Below are positions 47,046 through 55,722 of a stretch of 64,000 nucleotides of DNA, in pieces. The stretch is from a virus. How positions within the stretch are numbered: position 1 is the first letter of the stretch; each line of letters opens with the position of its first letter. The stretch is from positions 14,574-78,573 of IMG/VR virus record IMGVR_UViG_3300036860_000057. One strand, given 5' to 3'. The translations under genes were made by a program, and so were the position numbers. The notes under the pieces were generated by a model. It searched no databases, had not been told where the DNA came from, and worked only from the letters and a program-made list of their open reading frames with translations.

Positions 47046-47288
47046 ATGATTAGTGAAATTGAATTTGATAAGACATGGAGTGATTACGATCCTTTCTCCG
47101 ATCATGATCATGGAAATGACATGTGTGCTGGTTGCTTTACGTATACTGTAACTTGTCATCACTGTCATATGGGACTAATGCACAGTAATTTCATAAGTGT
47201 TGATGATGAACAGATGATTGAGTTTTTGTGTGATCAGTGTGGAAAATATTTTGTAGATAACTACCAGCAGAAAAGGTATGTTGCTTGA
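47046..47288 (+). CDS. Small Cys-rich protein
   Basis: CAGC, CHHC, CDQC. Confidence 0.5.
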   Translation: MISEIEFDKTWSDYDPFSDHDHGNDMCAGCFTYTVTCHHCHMGLMHSNFISVDDEQMIEFLCDQCGKYFVDNYQQKRYVA

Positions 47289-49618
47289 GAATCAAGATTT
47301 GGCCCGAAATAAATCCTGTAGATCATGGTGAAGGGGGAATACGTCGAGTCATTGAGGCTCAGTATAAATATCTTCCAGAACTTGGTATAGAAATTGTAGA
47401 GGACATTCACAAGGCTGATCTGGTGAATGTCCATGCTGATTCACTTAAGACTGATCTTCCCATTGCAGCATCCTCACATGGATTATATTGGGCTGGATAT
47501 GACTGGGATAACTGGTGTTACGAAGCCAATGCTAAACTCATCAATGTAATGAAGAGGGCTGCTGCTACATCTGCCCCTTCCAAGTGGGTAGCACATTCAT
47601 TTCAACGAGGGATGTTACTTGATCCGTTCGTTCTTTATCATGGTGTAGACATAGATGAGTGGCAACCTAAAAAGAATCTAGGCTATGTGTTATGGGCTAA
47701 GAACAGAACAGACGCTATCTGTACACCAGAGCCATTGAATACACTGGCGATGCTTGCTCCAAGTGTTCCATTCCTAACTACCTTTGGTGTGCCAAGTGAT
47801 AATGTAAAAGTATTAGGAGCAGTAAATCATGAACAATCTAAGACTCTTATTCAGAACGCTGGAATCTATCTGGCAACCGTTTTGGAAACGGGTGGGATTA
47901 CTTGCTTGGAAGCTATGGCTTCTGGTGTGCCATGTTTGGGATTTAATTGGGGAGCTAATTCGGAAATTATTGTCCACCAAGAAACAGGCTATTTGGTGGA
48001 GCCGGGTGACTACAACGGATTACTTGAAGGACTCCAATACTGTCTCGATCACAGAGATAGACTGGGCAGCGCAGCAAGAGAGCACATCATGGGAAATTAT
48101 ACTTGGGAAAGACGGATCAGAGATTATATACCTTTCTATGAACGGTCTTTACGAGTTGGGCAATCTGGAAAAACTGGGAAAGTAAGCGTCATCATCACAG
48201 CTTACAACTTGGAAGAATATCTTGCCAGTTCCATTGAGTCTGTGCTGAATCAGTCCTATAAAGACTTCGAATTAATCATTGTAGATGACAACTCACCAGA
48301 TAATTGTGGGAGAATAGCAGACGAGTATGCCACAAAAGATTCCCGAATTAAAGTTATCCATAATCCCTATAATGCCTATCTTGCAGAAGCTAGGAATATC
48401 GGTATATCACATTCAAATGGAGAGTATATTCTTCCGCTTGATGCTGATGATCGTCTTGCACCAGACAGCTTACTTAATATGGTTGGAGCACTGGAGAAAA
48501 ACAAGAACATTGACACTTCGACTGGAAGCATGGAACTAGTTGAGCCAGATGGCAGAAGATGGACTTCTGGTTGGCCTACTGAGACTCCTTCCTATGATGG
48601 TCAGATCAAAAGTATGAACCAAGTTCCCTATGCCTCGATGTATCGCAGATGGGTATGGGAACGTACTGGTGGTTATCGTAGGAGAATGAAATCTGCTGAA
48701 GATGCAGAGTTTTGGACTAGGGCTTATTCCTATGGCGCTGTACCAGCTAAAGTAACTGATAAGCCTACATTAATATATAGTAGTCGTCCTGAGTCCATGT
48801 CACATAAAATTCCTACACCTGATTACAATAGGTGGTACACCTGGAGGAAATATCCTGAGTTCACTCCATTTGGCTGCTCAGGTACTCCTCCTTTCAATCG
48901 TCCTGCATGGCCCGTACAGATGTATGGTCCACCTAAGATTTCTGTGGTAATTCCTGTAGGGCCTGGACATGCAGATAAACTGCAAAATGCATTAGATAGT
49001 TTAGTTGCCCAAACTTACCAAGATTGGCGCTGTGTGATTGTGAATGATACGGGACAGAAGTGGATTGAAGGAGGGAAGTTAATTAACAGGCATTTGAAAG
49101 GCTGCCCCTTTGCAGAGATTGTAGATAGTGATGGAAGTAAACCAAGAGGCCCAGCTTGGTCAAGAAATAGAGGTATTGAAAAAGTTACTACCAAGTACAT
49201 TTCATTTTTGGATGCTGATGATTGGTTTCAGCCATTAGCATTAGATGTTCTTTACAAGACTGTTAAAGAATTTGGAGGATATGCTTACGGAGATTTCTTT
49301 GATCACGAAGGAAACTATAAAGAGTCATCAGACTGGGATTGTGACTCCCTCAAAGAAAAAATGCTAGGACCAGTTGTGTCTGGACTTTTTCTTACTTCTG
49401 ATGTAAAATTAGTTAAAGGATTTGATGAGAATCTTCCGGGATTTGAGGATTGGTCGATGCAACTTTCACTCTTGGAAAAGGGGATATGTGGCACAAGAAT
49501 CCGTTATCCTGTTTTCACCTATGATTATCTATCTGGCAGTAGAAGAGAAAATGACGTAAAAGAGGCAGATAGATTGGTTAAAGAAATAAGAAAGAAACAT
49601 AGAGGGCTGTATGGGTAA
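47285..49618 (+). CDS. Three-domain glycosyltransferase (GT4-GT2-GT2)
   Basis: ETGGITCLEAMASG (GT4); SVIITAYN..VDDNSPD..LDADD; SVVIPV..VND..FLDADD. Confidence 0.9.
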   Translation: MRIKIWPEINPVDHGEGGIRRVIEAQYKYLPELGIEIVEDIHKADLVNVHADSLKTDLPIAASSHGLYWAGYDWDNWCYEANAKLINVMKRAAATSAPSKWVAHSFQRGMLLDPFVLYHGVDIDEWQPKKNLGYVLWAKNRTDAICTPEPLNTLAMLAPSVPFLTTFGVPSDNVKVLGAVNHEQSKTLIQNAGIYLATVLETGGITCLEAMASGVPCLGFNWGANSEIIVHQETGYLVEPGDYNGLLEGLQYCLDHRDRLGSAAREHIMGNYTWERRIRDYIPFYERSLRVGQSGKTGKVSVIITAYNLEEYLASSIESVLNQSYKDFELIIVDDNSPDNCGRIADEYATKDSRIKVIHNPYNAYLAEARNIGISHSNGEYILPLDADDRLAPDSLLNMVGALEKNKNIDTSTGSMELVEPDGRRWTSGWPTETPSYDGQIKSMNQVPYASMYRRWVWERTGGYRRRMKSAEDAEFWTRAYSYGAVPAKVTDKPTLIYSSRPESMSHKIPTPDYNRWYTWRKYPEFTPFGCSGTPPFNRPAWPVQMYGPPKISVVIPVGPGHADKLQNALDSLVAQTYQDWRCVIVNDTGQKWIEGGKLINRHLKGCPFAEIVDSDGSKPRGPAWSRNRGIEKVTTKYISFLDADDWFQPLALDVLYKTVKEFGGYAYGDFFDHEGNYKESSDWDCDSLKEKMLGPVVSGLFLTSDVKLVKGFDENLPGFEDWSMQLSLLEKGICGTRIRYPVFTYDYLSGSRRENDVKEADRLVKEIRKKHRGLYG

Positions 49619-50375
49619 GATTAAAGATTTAACAGGACAAAAGTTTGGAAAGCTTGTTGTTTTGTATAAAGATGAAGACAGACAAGGGCGTGTCTGTTGG
49701 GTATGCAAATGTGATTGTGGAAATCTAAAATCAATTGAAAGCAGACATCTTAAAAATGGTAATACTAAAAGTTGTGGGTGTCTTCAAAAAGAGAGGGCAT
49801 CTGAAATACATAGGAAAGATTTAGTTGGCAGTAAGTTTGGAAGATGGTCTGTTTTGGAACATAAGGGAGTAAATCAGAATCAAAATTCCCTTTATCTTTG
49901 TCAGTGTGTATGTGGAAATGAAAAGATAATTAGGTCAGATATATTGGTATCGGGGAGTACTAAAAGTTGTGGTTGTTATCACAAAGAATCTGCAAGAAAT
50001 AGAATGACAACACACGGACTTTCAAAAACAACAGAGTATATTAGGCACAATAAACTAAAGAGAAGGGAAAGAGAGAAACTATTAGATTCTTACTGGACTC
50101 TTGAGATGGAGATAGTATTACAGAAGTTTCAGCCAGTGTGTATAGTCTGTGGTGGTACTGATCGTCTGGCAACAGATCATGTGCTACCATTATCTAAGTC
50201 AAATGGACTTAAGCCAGGGAATGCTGTTCGTCTTTGTATTCACTGTAACTCAAGTAAGTTGAACAAGAAGCCTCACGATCTCCCTCCAGATATGAGGGGG
50301 AAGATTCTCAAATCAGCACTAGAATTTAAGAGACACTGGGAAAGATCAGTGTCTCTTTTTATTTATAGTACATAA
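49611..50375 (+). CDS. HNH endonuclease, paralogue of 29803..30603
   Basis: DLTGQKFG, CKCDCG, SCGC, TDHVLP..CIHCN. Confidence 0.85.
   Translation: MGKIKDLTGQKFGKLVVLYKDEDRQGRVCWVCKCDCGNLKSIESRHLKNGNTKSCGCLQKERASEIHRKDLVGSKFGRWSVLEHKGVNQNQNSLYLCQCVCGNEKIIRSDILVSGSTKSCGCYHKESARNRMTTHGLSKTTEYIRHNKLKRREREKLLDSYWTLEMEIVLQKFQPVCIVCGGTDRLATDHVLPLSKSNGLKPGNAVRLCIHCNSSKLNKKPHDLPPDMRGKILKSALEFKRHWERSVSLFIYST
50328..50360 (+). terminator. Intrinsic terminator within the 3' end of the HNH gene
   Basis: AAGAGACACTG...CAGTGTCTCTTTTT. Confidence 0.65.
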
Positions 50376-50460
50376 GACTACTAATTTTTTAACAGACTAA
50401 ACCTCAGATATACTAACTACAGGAGTTGAACCGCTCCACTATATTGAAAGGTAGAAACAC

Positions 50461-50967
50461 ATGTGTGGCTGTAAAAATGGCGGAGGAAAAAAATCAGTAA
50501 GTGTTAAGGACTCATCTTCTAACAATCCCTCAAACATGACAGAAGATCAGAGTGACCTTGTATTTATACAATACACTGGTACTGATTCGAATAAGGTAAC
50601 ACTTAGAAGTAAGTATAAGAGAAGTGAACGCTATGGATATTCAGTAGACGAGCCTAATTTTTGGGCTTATAGAGCCGATGTCCCTTGGCTATCAGCCCTG
50701 AGTATCTTCAAAGTAGTGGATGATCCAACCAGAAGTTCAGTAGTAAATGACCTTCCACCTCTTGAGAGTAACACAGTGGCTCCAGACTTCTCTGAGATTC
50801 CAGTAGATGTGCTTCCGGTTGATCCTATTATCCTAGCTAACTTGAAGAAGAACGGCTATGATAAGTTACAATCGGTAAAACTAGCCTCAGATGGAGAACT
50901 CCTGTCTCTAAAGGGAATGGGAGATAAGAGGCTGAAAGACCTGAGATTGGCGTTGAATGGTATATAA
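50461..50967 (+). CDS. Protein with C-terminal HhH/alpha-CTD-like domain
   Basis: MCGC start; LKKNGY...ELLSLKGMGDK. Confidence 0.6.
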   Translation: MCGCKNGGGKKSVSVKDSSSNNPSNMTEDQSDLVFIQYTGTDSNKVTLRSKYKRSERYGYSVDEPNFWAYRADVPWLSALSIFKVVDDPTRSSVVNDLPPLESNTVAPDFSEIPVDVLPVDPIILANLKKNGYDKLQSVKLASDGELLSLKGMGDKRLKDLRLALNGI

Positions 50968-51271
50968 ATTTATAGATGCGCCTGTACTGTGGTTCATTGT
51001 AGCACTTTTAGCAACTTGGAGAATTTCCTCTATTGTACATCATGAGAAAATCTTTTCTCCCTTCAGGAGACTTATTGGTGTCAAGGAAATTACAGAAGAA
51101 GATTGGTCTTATCCTGATACATTTATAGGCAGCTTAATCGAATGTTTCTGGTGTACATCGGTTTGGATCGGGATAGCTACCGCTATAGCTATGTTCTTAG
51201 CACCTTTTCTTCTTATTCCATTCGCTCTGAGCGCTTTTGCAATCATCATCAATAAATATGTGAGCGATTAA
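50957..51271 (+). CDS. DUF1360-like membrane protein
   Basis: LATWR...E.IF.PFR...LIECFWCTSVW. Confidence 0.7.
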   Translation: MVYKFIDAPVLWFIVALLATWRISSIVHHEKIFSPFRRLIGVKEITEEDWSYPDTFIGSLIECFWCTSVWIGIATAIAMFLAPFLLIPFALSAFAIIINKYVSD

Positions 51272-51285
51272 TAGGGAGAAATTAA

Positions 51286-51711
51286 ATGGTAACCCCCATG
51301 CCTGACGAAAGAATCTGGGAATTGAAGTTACAGCACGTCTCTGAACAGATAGGAAGTCTCAGCAAACAAGTTGATGACAAGCTGAGTGGTCTGGCAGAGG
51401 TATTGAAATCTGTAAACGAGAATTTCGTGAAGATATTGGATGATCACGAAGGAAGGCTCCGCAAGCAAGCTGAAGTAGACAGTAACCAAGCCAGTGAAAT
51501 ATCACAACTTAGAGAAAAGATGGCTTGGTTTGGTGGTGAGCTAACTGCTGTAAAAGTCATCATGGAGAAAATTGATAAGAAACAAGAGGAACGCCTTGCT
51601 TCCGAGAATGATAACCTGAAGAAGATTTCTTGGGAACTCTTTAAGATAGTCATGGCTGCTGGTACTGGTGGTGGTGCTGTTTATGCTGCTAAATCAATGG
51701 GATTGTTTTAA
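51286..51711 (+). CDS. Coiled-coil protein with hydrophobic C-terminus
   Basis: DHEGRLR; apolar tail. Confidence 0.55.
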   Translation: MVTPMPDERIWELKLQHVSEQIGSLSKQVDDKLSGLAEVLKSVNENFVKILDDHEGRLRKQAEVDSNQASEISQLREKMAWFGGELTAVKVIMEKIDKKQEERLASENDNLKKISWELFKIVMAAGTGGGAVYAAKSMGLF

Positions 51712-52958
51712 TGGCTCGTTCCGATATAGTGACTCAAGTTCCTCTTGATCGTGCAGCTAAGATCATGGGAATTGATCCCTATCATTTCAACCAGATTACT
51801 ACTGTTCGCAGGCCAGAAACTAATGCCTGTGCAGATATTTGGTTTCAATACACAGAACAGCGTGTAGGACAGCTTTCTCGTGATGACTTCGCTGTTGCAC
51901 TAAAGCAGGCAGAAGATACTATTACTCACTATCTTGGTTACACATTAATTCCTCAATGGGTTGTAGATGAAGAACAGCCTATTACTAAGCCAGCTTCTCC
52001 AGAGATGGTCAATATTTCAGGCAGGAATTCTCGTGGTCAAGCTAAATCTGTTGTTACTAACAGAGGATTTGTGATTGCTGGTGGTATCAGAACCAAAACT
52101 CTGATAGAGGCTAATACTCCTATTATCTATTCTGATAATAATGGAGATGGTTATGTTGAATTCTGCACAGTAACAGTCAATACTACTGTAACTGATCCAG
52201 AAGAGATTCACGTTTATTTTCCTGGATTAGATGGCTCAGATAAATGGGAGATTAGACCAATCTCAGTTTCCATTTCTGGTGGTATTGCCACTATTACTTT
52301 CTATCGTTATCTTGTTCCTTTACCTGATCAGTGGACAGTTGATCCAGATGCAGGAGATATTTTACGAAACATAAACGGAGACGACATAAATGCCTTTCTT
52401 CCCGATGTGGATGTCTATCGTGTGTATAATGATGTTTCTTCACAAGCAACTCTCTATGCGGAAGGAACCTGTCTTAATTGTAGTGGAACAGGATGTGAAG
52501 CCTGTGGATGGACAACCAATACGGCATGTCTAAGAGTCAGAGACAGCCGAAGAGGAATAGTTACTTATAGTTCTGCTACTTGGAATGAAGATACTGAGCA
52601 GTTTGACTTCAATCTAAACTGTTTCACACGAGATGCTGATAAGATTATTCTCAACTATTATGCTGGTCTGGTGAATAATGATATGGATCAGCCTCACTTA
52701 TGGATGAGTCATATGTGGGAGAGAATGGTTGTTTACTATTCACTGACCTTGATAGATCGTGAGATGAATGGCTGTGAGAATAGCAGGAACATCTGGCTCC
52801 GTCAGAACGAAGATTTAGGTGAGGCTGTGTCTTCTGGAAATTCGTCTAAAACTCACACACTAACAGGCAGGCAGGCAGGAAATCCTCTTGGTACAACCCG
52901 CGCAGGAATCAATCTTTGGAGAGCAATAGAGTCAAACAGACTCTTGCAAGGCCATTAG
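51711..52958 (+). CDS. Putative head-tail adaptor
   Basis: AEDTITHYLGY, YYAG motifs; position before tail genes. Confidence 0.55.
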   Translation: MARSDIVTQVPLDRAAKIMGIDPYHFNQITTVRRPETNACADIWFQYTEQRVGQLSRDDFAVALKQAEDTITHYLGYTLIPQWVVDEEQPITKPASPEMVNISGRNSRGQAKSVVTNRGFVIAGGIRTKTLIEANTPIIYSDNNGDGYVEFCTVTVNTTVTDPEEIHVYFPGLDGSDKWEIRPISVSISGGIATITFYRYLVPLPDQWTVDPDAGDILRNINGDDINAFLPDVDVYRVYNDVSSQATLYAEGTCLNCSGTGCEACGWTTNTACLRVRDSRRGIVTYSSATWNEDTEQFDFNLNCFTRDADKIILNYYAGLVNNDMDQPHLWMSHMWERMVVYYSLTLIDREMNGCENSRNIWLRQNEDLGEAVSSGNSSKTHTLTGRQAGNPLGTTRAGINLWRAIESNRLLQGH

Positions 52959-52997
52959 TCATTTTAATTTGACTTATTTTATCCATAGAATATAAGT

Positions 52998-53333
52998 ATG
53001 AATTATGAAATAGTTGTCTATGACAATCAAGGATGGAGAGAGTTTAGAAAAGTGCCCTTTGGAACTCAGCCCACCAAGTACAGCGAGGGCATCCTTATAG
53101 GCCCGCCTTCTATAGAGAGCTTGAATATCCCAAAATCAAAGAAAAAGGAACTTAATAATTTTCTTGTTGATTCTGGAATTGTGTCATACGAAAATCTTTT
53201 AGGAAACAAGAGACATCTGTTAAACTTTATCTATGATCTAGGATTAAAAGATCAGAAAGAAATCGAACTTAGAAATTCTGTCATAGGATTATATCAAAGA
53301 GAGTTAGTAGAAGCTGACTCAGAGGAAGATTAA
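52998..53333 (+). CDS. Hypothetical protein
   Basis: GILIGPP; operon context. Confidence 0.55.
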   Translation: MNYEIVVYDNQGWREFRKVPFGTQPTKYSEGILIGPPSIESLNIPKSKKKELNNFLVDSGIVSYENLLGNKRHLLNFIYDLGLKDQKEIELRNSVIGLYQRELVEADSEED

Positions 53334-54845
53334 ATGGCTACTGTAGCTAAGAAAGGTTTATCTCGCGTCTGGGCATTTGACGGTGGTGCAGGGCCTACTG
53401 TTGCACCAGCACTTCTAGCTCTTGCTGCTGCTCAGGCGATTGAGAAAAATTATGGTGATATAACACGAGTTGAAGTGCCTAGTTCTACTGAACGTGGTGC
53501 TTATGATGTTGTAGATGAGTTCCAGAGTGGTGAAGAGAATGCCACATTCAGTACGATGCTTCGTTATACACTCGAACCATCATTGATGAAGAAGATTTCT
53601 GATAAGAAATGTCTGCTTGATCTTCAAATCCACATCGGTAAATGTACTGATCCTCGCGACTTCCTTCATGGATGGGAATCCGGCAAAATTGTCGTTCTTG
53701 AGAGAGCACATGTTACTACACACTCTACATCTGAAATTGGATCAATGGTATCAGATGATGAAGGTGTGATTGACGAAACTGTTGAAATCTCTGCCAGCAA
53801 TTACTACGAAATTGGCCCAATGAACTATGCTGAACGGGCAGCAGGCAATGTCACTAATGAAGTTATTGCTATTGTAGTCTGTGACTCTCCTTCCTGTGGC
53901 GATTGTGATGATCCTTCAGATGGTTGTCAGAAAGTTTACTATATCACTGGCCCTGCTGGTACATCTCCTGGTCTTCTTCCAGAGGTTGGTGTGTCGGGTG
54001 ATGGCCTATCAACAGTCTCACATGAGACTCCTATCTCAACTCTAGCAATTGGTGAGAATCCTACTGGTGCTGCTTGTGTAAGCGATAATCTGGTTGTAAC
54101 TTCTAATGCCAGTCTGAGCCTGCACTATGCTGACTTGGATGATCTGCAAGATGGAACTGCAACATGGGCCGAAGTAGCTACTGGATTTGTGGCAGCTAAG
54201 GGACCAAATGCCATTGATAGTTACTCACCCTTTGATACTTGGATTGTGGGAGATGGTGGTTATATCTACTTCACTGACGATCCTACATCTGGTGTTGAAG
54301 TTCAAGATGCTGGTACAGCAACCTCTCAAAATCTAAATGCTGTGGACGCATTTTCTACTCAAATTGTAGTGGCGGTTGGGGATAGCAATGCAGTTGTCTT
54401 CACTCTAAATGGTGGGCAGACTTGGCAAAGTGTAGTTGGTCCAGCAGTAGGTGTTGATCTTCTTACAGTAGCTATTCGTGGTGAGAAAGAATGGTGGGTT
54501 GGTACTGCTGATGGCAAAATTTATTATACCAAAGATCGTGGAGATCACTGGACTTTGAGTTACACTCAGACTGGTGGTGGAAACATCTACAAGATCATTT
54601 GGGCCAGCAATACTGTAGGCTTTGCTGCTGGTGCAAACTCAACTCCAAATGGTCGTGTTTATCGTAGTATTGATGGTGGAAATAGCTGGAAGATTCAGCC
54701 TGACAGCACATCCACACTCACAACTAGTGACAAGATTGGAACCCTGGCAGTCTGCAAGAAAGATGTCAATACTCTGTACGCTGGTGGACTGGCTGACAAT
54801 GGTGGAGATGGTATCATTCTCAAGGGTTCAACTTCATACGTCTAA
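53334..54845 (+). CDS. Putative major tail protein with C-terminal BNR/YCF48-like beta-propeller
   Basis: Precedes chaperones and tape measure; TLNGGQTW, TKDRGDHW, SIDGGNSW Asp-box repeats. Confidence 0.65.
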   Translation: MATVAKKGLSRVWAFDGGAGPTVAPALLALAAAQAIEKNYGDITRVEVPSSTERGAYDVVDEFQSGEENATFSTMLRYTLEPSLMKKISDKKCLLDLQIHIGKCTDPRDFLHGWESGKIVVLERAHVTTHSTSEIGSMVSDDEGVIDETVEISASNYYEIGPMNYAERAAGNVTNEVIAIVVCDSPSCGDCDDPSDGCQKVYYITGPAGTSPGLLPEVGVSGDGLSTVSHETPISTLAIGENPTGAACVSDNLVVTSNASLSLHYADLDDLQDGTATWAEVATGFVAAKGPNAIDSYSPFDTWIVGDGGYIYFTDDPTSGVEVQDAGTATSQNLNAVDAFSTQIVVAVGDSNAVVFTLNGGQTWQSVVGPAVGVDLLTVAIRGEKEWWVGTADGKIYYTKDRGDHWTLSYTQTGGGNIYKIIWASNTVGFAAGANSTPNGRVYRSIDGGNSWKIQPDSTSTLTTSDKIGTLAVCKKDVNTLYAGGLADNGGDGIILKGSTSYV

Positions 54846-54866
54846 TAGACAGAAAGGCTATACAAC

Positions 54867-55454
54867 GTGGTAAGTGATGGTGTAATTGAAATTGCTAAGG
54901 AACTGGACAGAGAGGTAAAACTAATACAAGAAGACCCTGATCTGGTAACACTCGTAAATGGAATCGTCCTAAGAACGAAACCAGTTCCTTATAAGCTCAT
55001 TACAAAGTTAGATAAGAAGTACAAACTCCCTCCTATTCCCTTCATTGTGGATGAAGAGAGAGGAAGAAAAATCCCTAATCCTGACGATCCTGCCTACGAA
55101 GAAGAGTGTAGACTAGTTAGTGAGGAGAAGGGAATGGCAATGTTGGAGCTTCTGACTGGATTTGGTACTGAGCTAGTCAGTGTTCCTAATAGAATGCAAT
55201 TACCTGAAGATACTGGCTGGTCTGATGATCTATCAGCCTTCATGGATGAAGATGAAATTCCATCGTCAGGAAAAGCTCGTTATGTGGCTTGGTTGACTTA
55301 TTATGCTCTGCTCGATGCAGGTGATATGAACAGAGTGGCAGAGAAGATCAAGAATAAGATGGGTGTTTCCACTGAGGGGGTAGCTGAAGCTATTAGCAGA
55401 TTTCCAGGTGACGAGGGGCGGTCAGCCGATACAGGAGATAGAACTCAAGTCTAG
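54867..55454 (+). CDS. Tail assembly chaperone (G-like)
   Basis: Position; PNPDDPAY. Confidence 0.65.
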   Translation: MVSDGVIEIAKELDREVKLIQEDPDLVTLVNGIVLRTKPVPYKLITKLDKKYKLPPIPFIVDEERGRKIPNPDDPAYEEECRLVSEEKGMAMLELLTGFGTELVSVPNRMQLPEDTGWSDDLSAFMDEDEIPSSGKARYVAWLTYYALLDAGDMNRVAEKIKNKMGVSTEGVAEAISRFPGDEGRSADTGDRTQV

Positions 55455-55692
55455 GCTTCAAGTTGATATAAATGCAGAGGATATTCCTGGTTTAATTCCT
55501 CGTTTCTATGTGATTGAAGCCTGTAATCACGCAAACTATCGTTTTCATGGTAATTGGAACAGACTAGCGCCTGAAGAAAAAGAAGAAATCGTTGCTCACT
55601 ATATCATGATGAACATCATAGAGAATAATAAGAATGATATAGTGGCCCAAGAAATTGAGCGGAAGAAAAAGAAGAACAAACCAAGGGGCTAG
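55402..55692 (+). CDS. Tail chaperone extension (T-like), probably reached by +1 frameshift
   Basis: Overlapping +1 frame, no RBS, TTT-C site at 55401-55404. Confidence 0.55.
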   Translation, partial: FQVTRGGQPIQEIELKSRLQVDINAEDIPGLIPRFYVIEACNHANYRFHGNWNRLAPEEKEEIVAHYIMMNIIENNKNDIVAQEIERKKKKNKPRG

Positions 55693-55711
55693 CTAAACAC
55701 TAGCCCCTTTT
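55683..55711 (+). terminator. Terminator-like hairpin before the tape measure gene
   Basis: AAGGGGCTAG...CTAGCCCCTTTT. Confidence 0.65.
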
Positions 55712-55722
55712 AATGAGATAAC

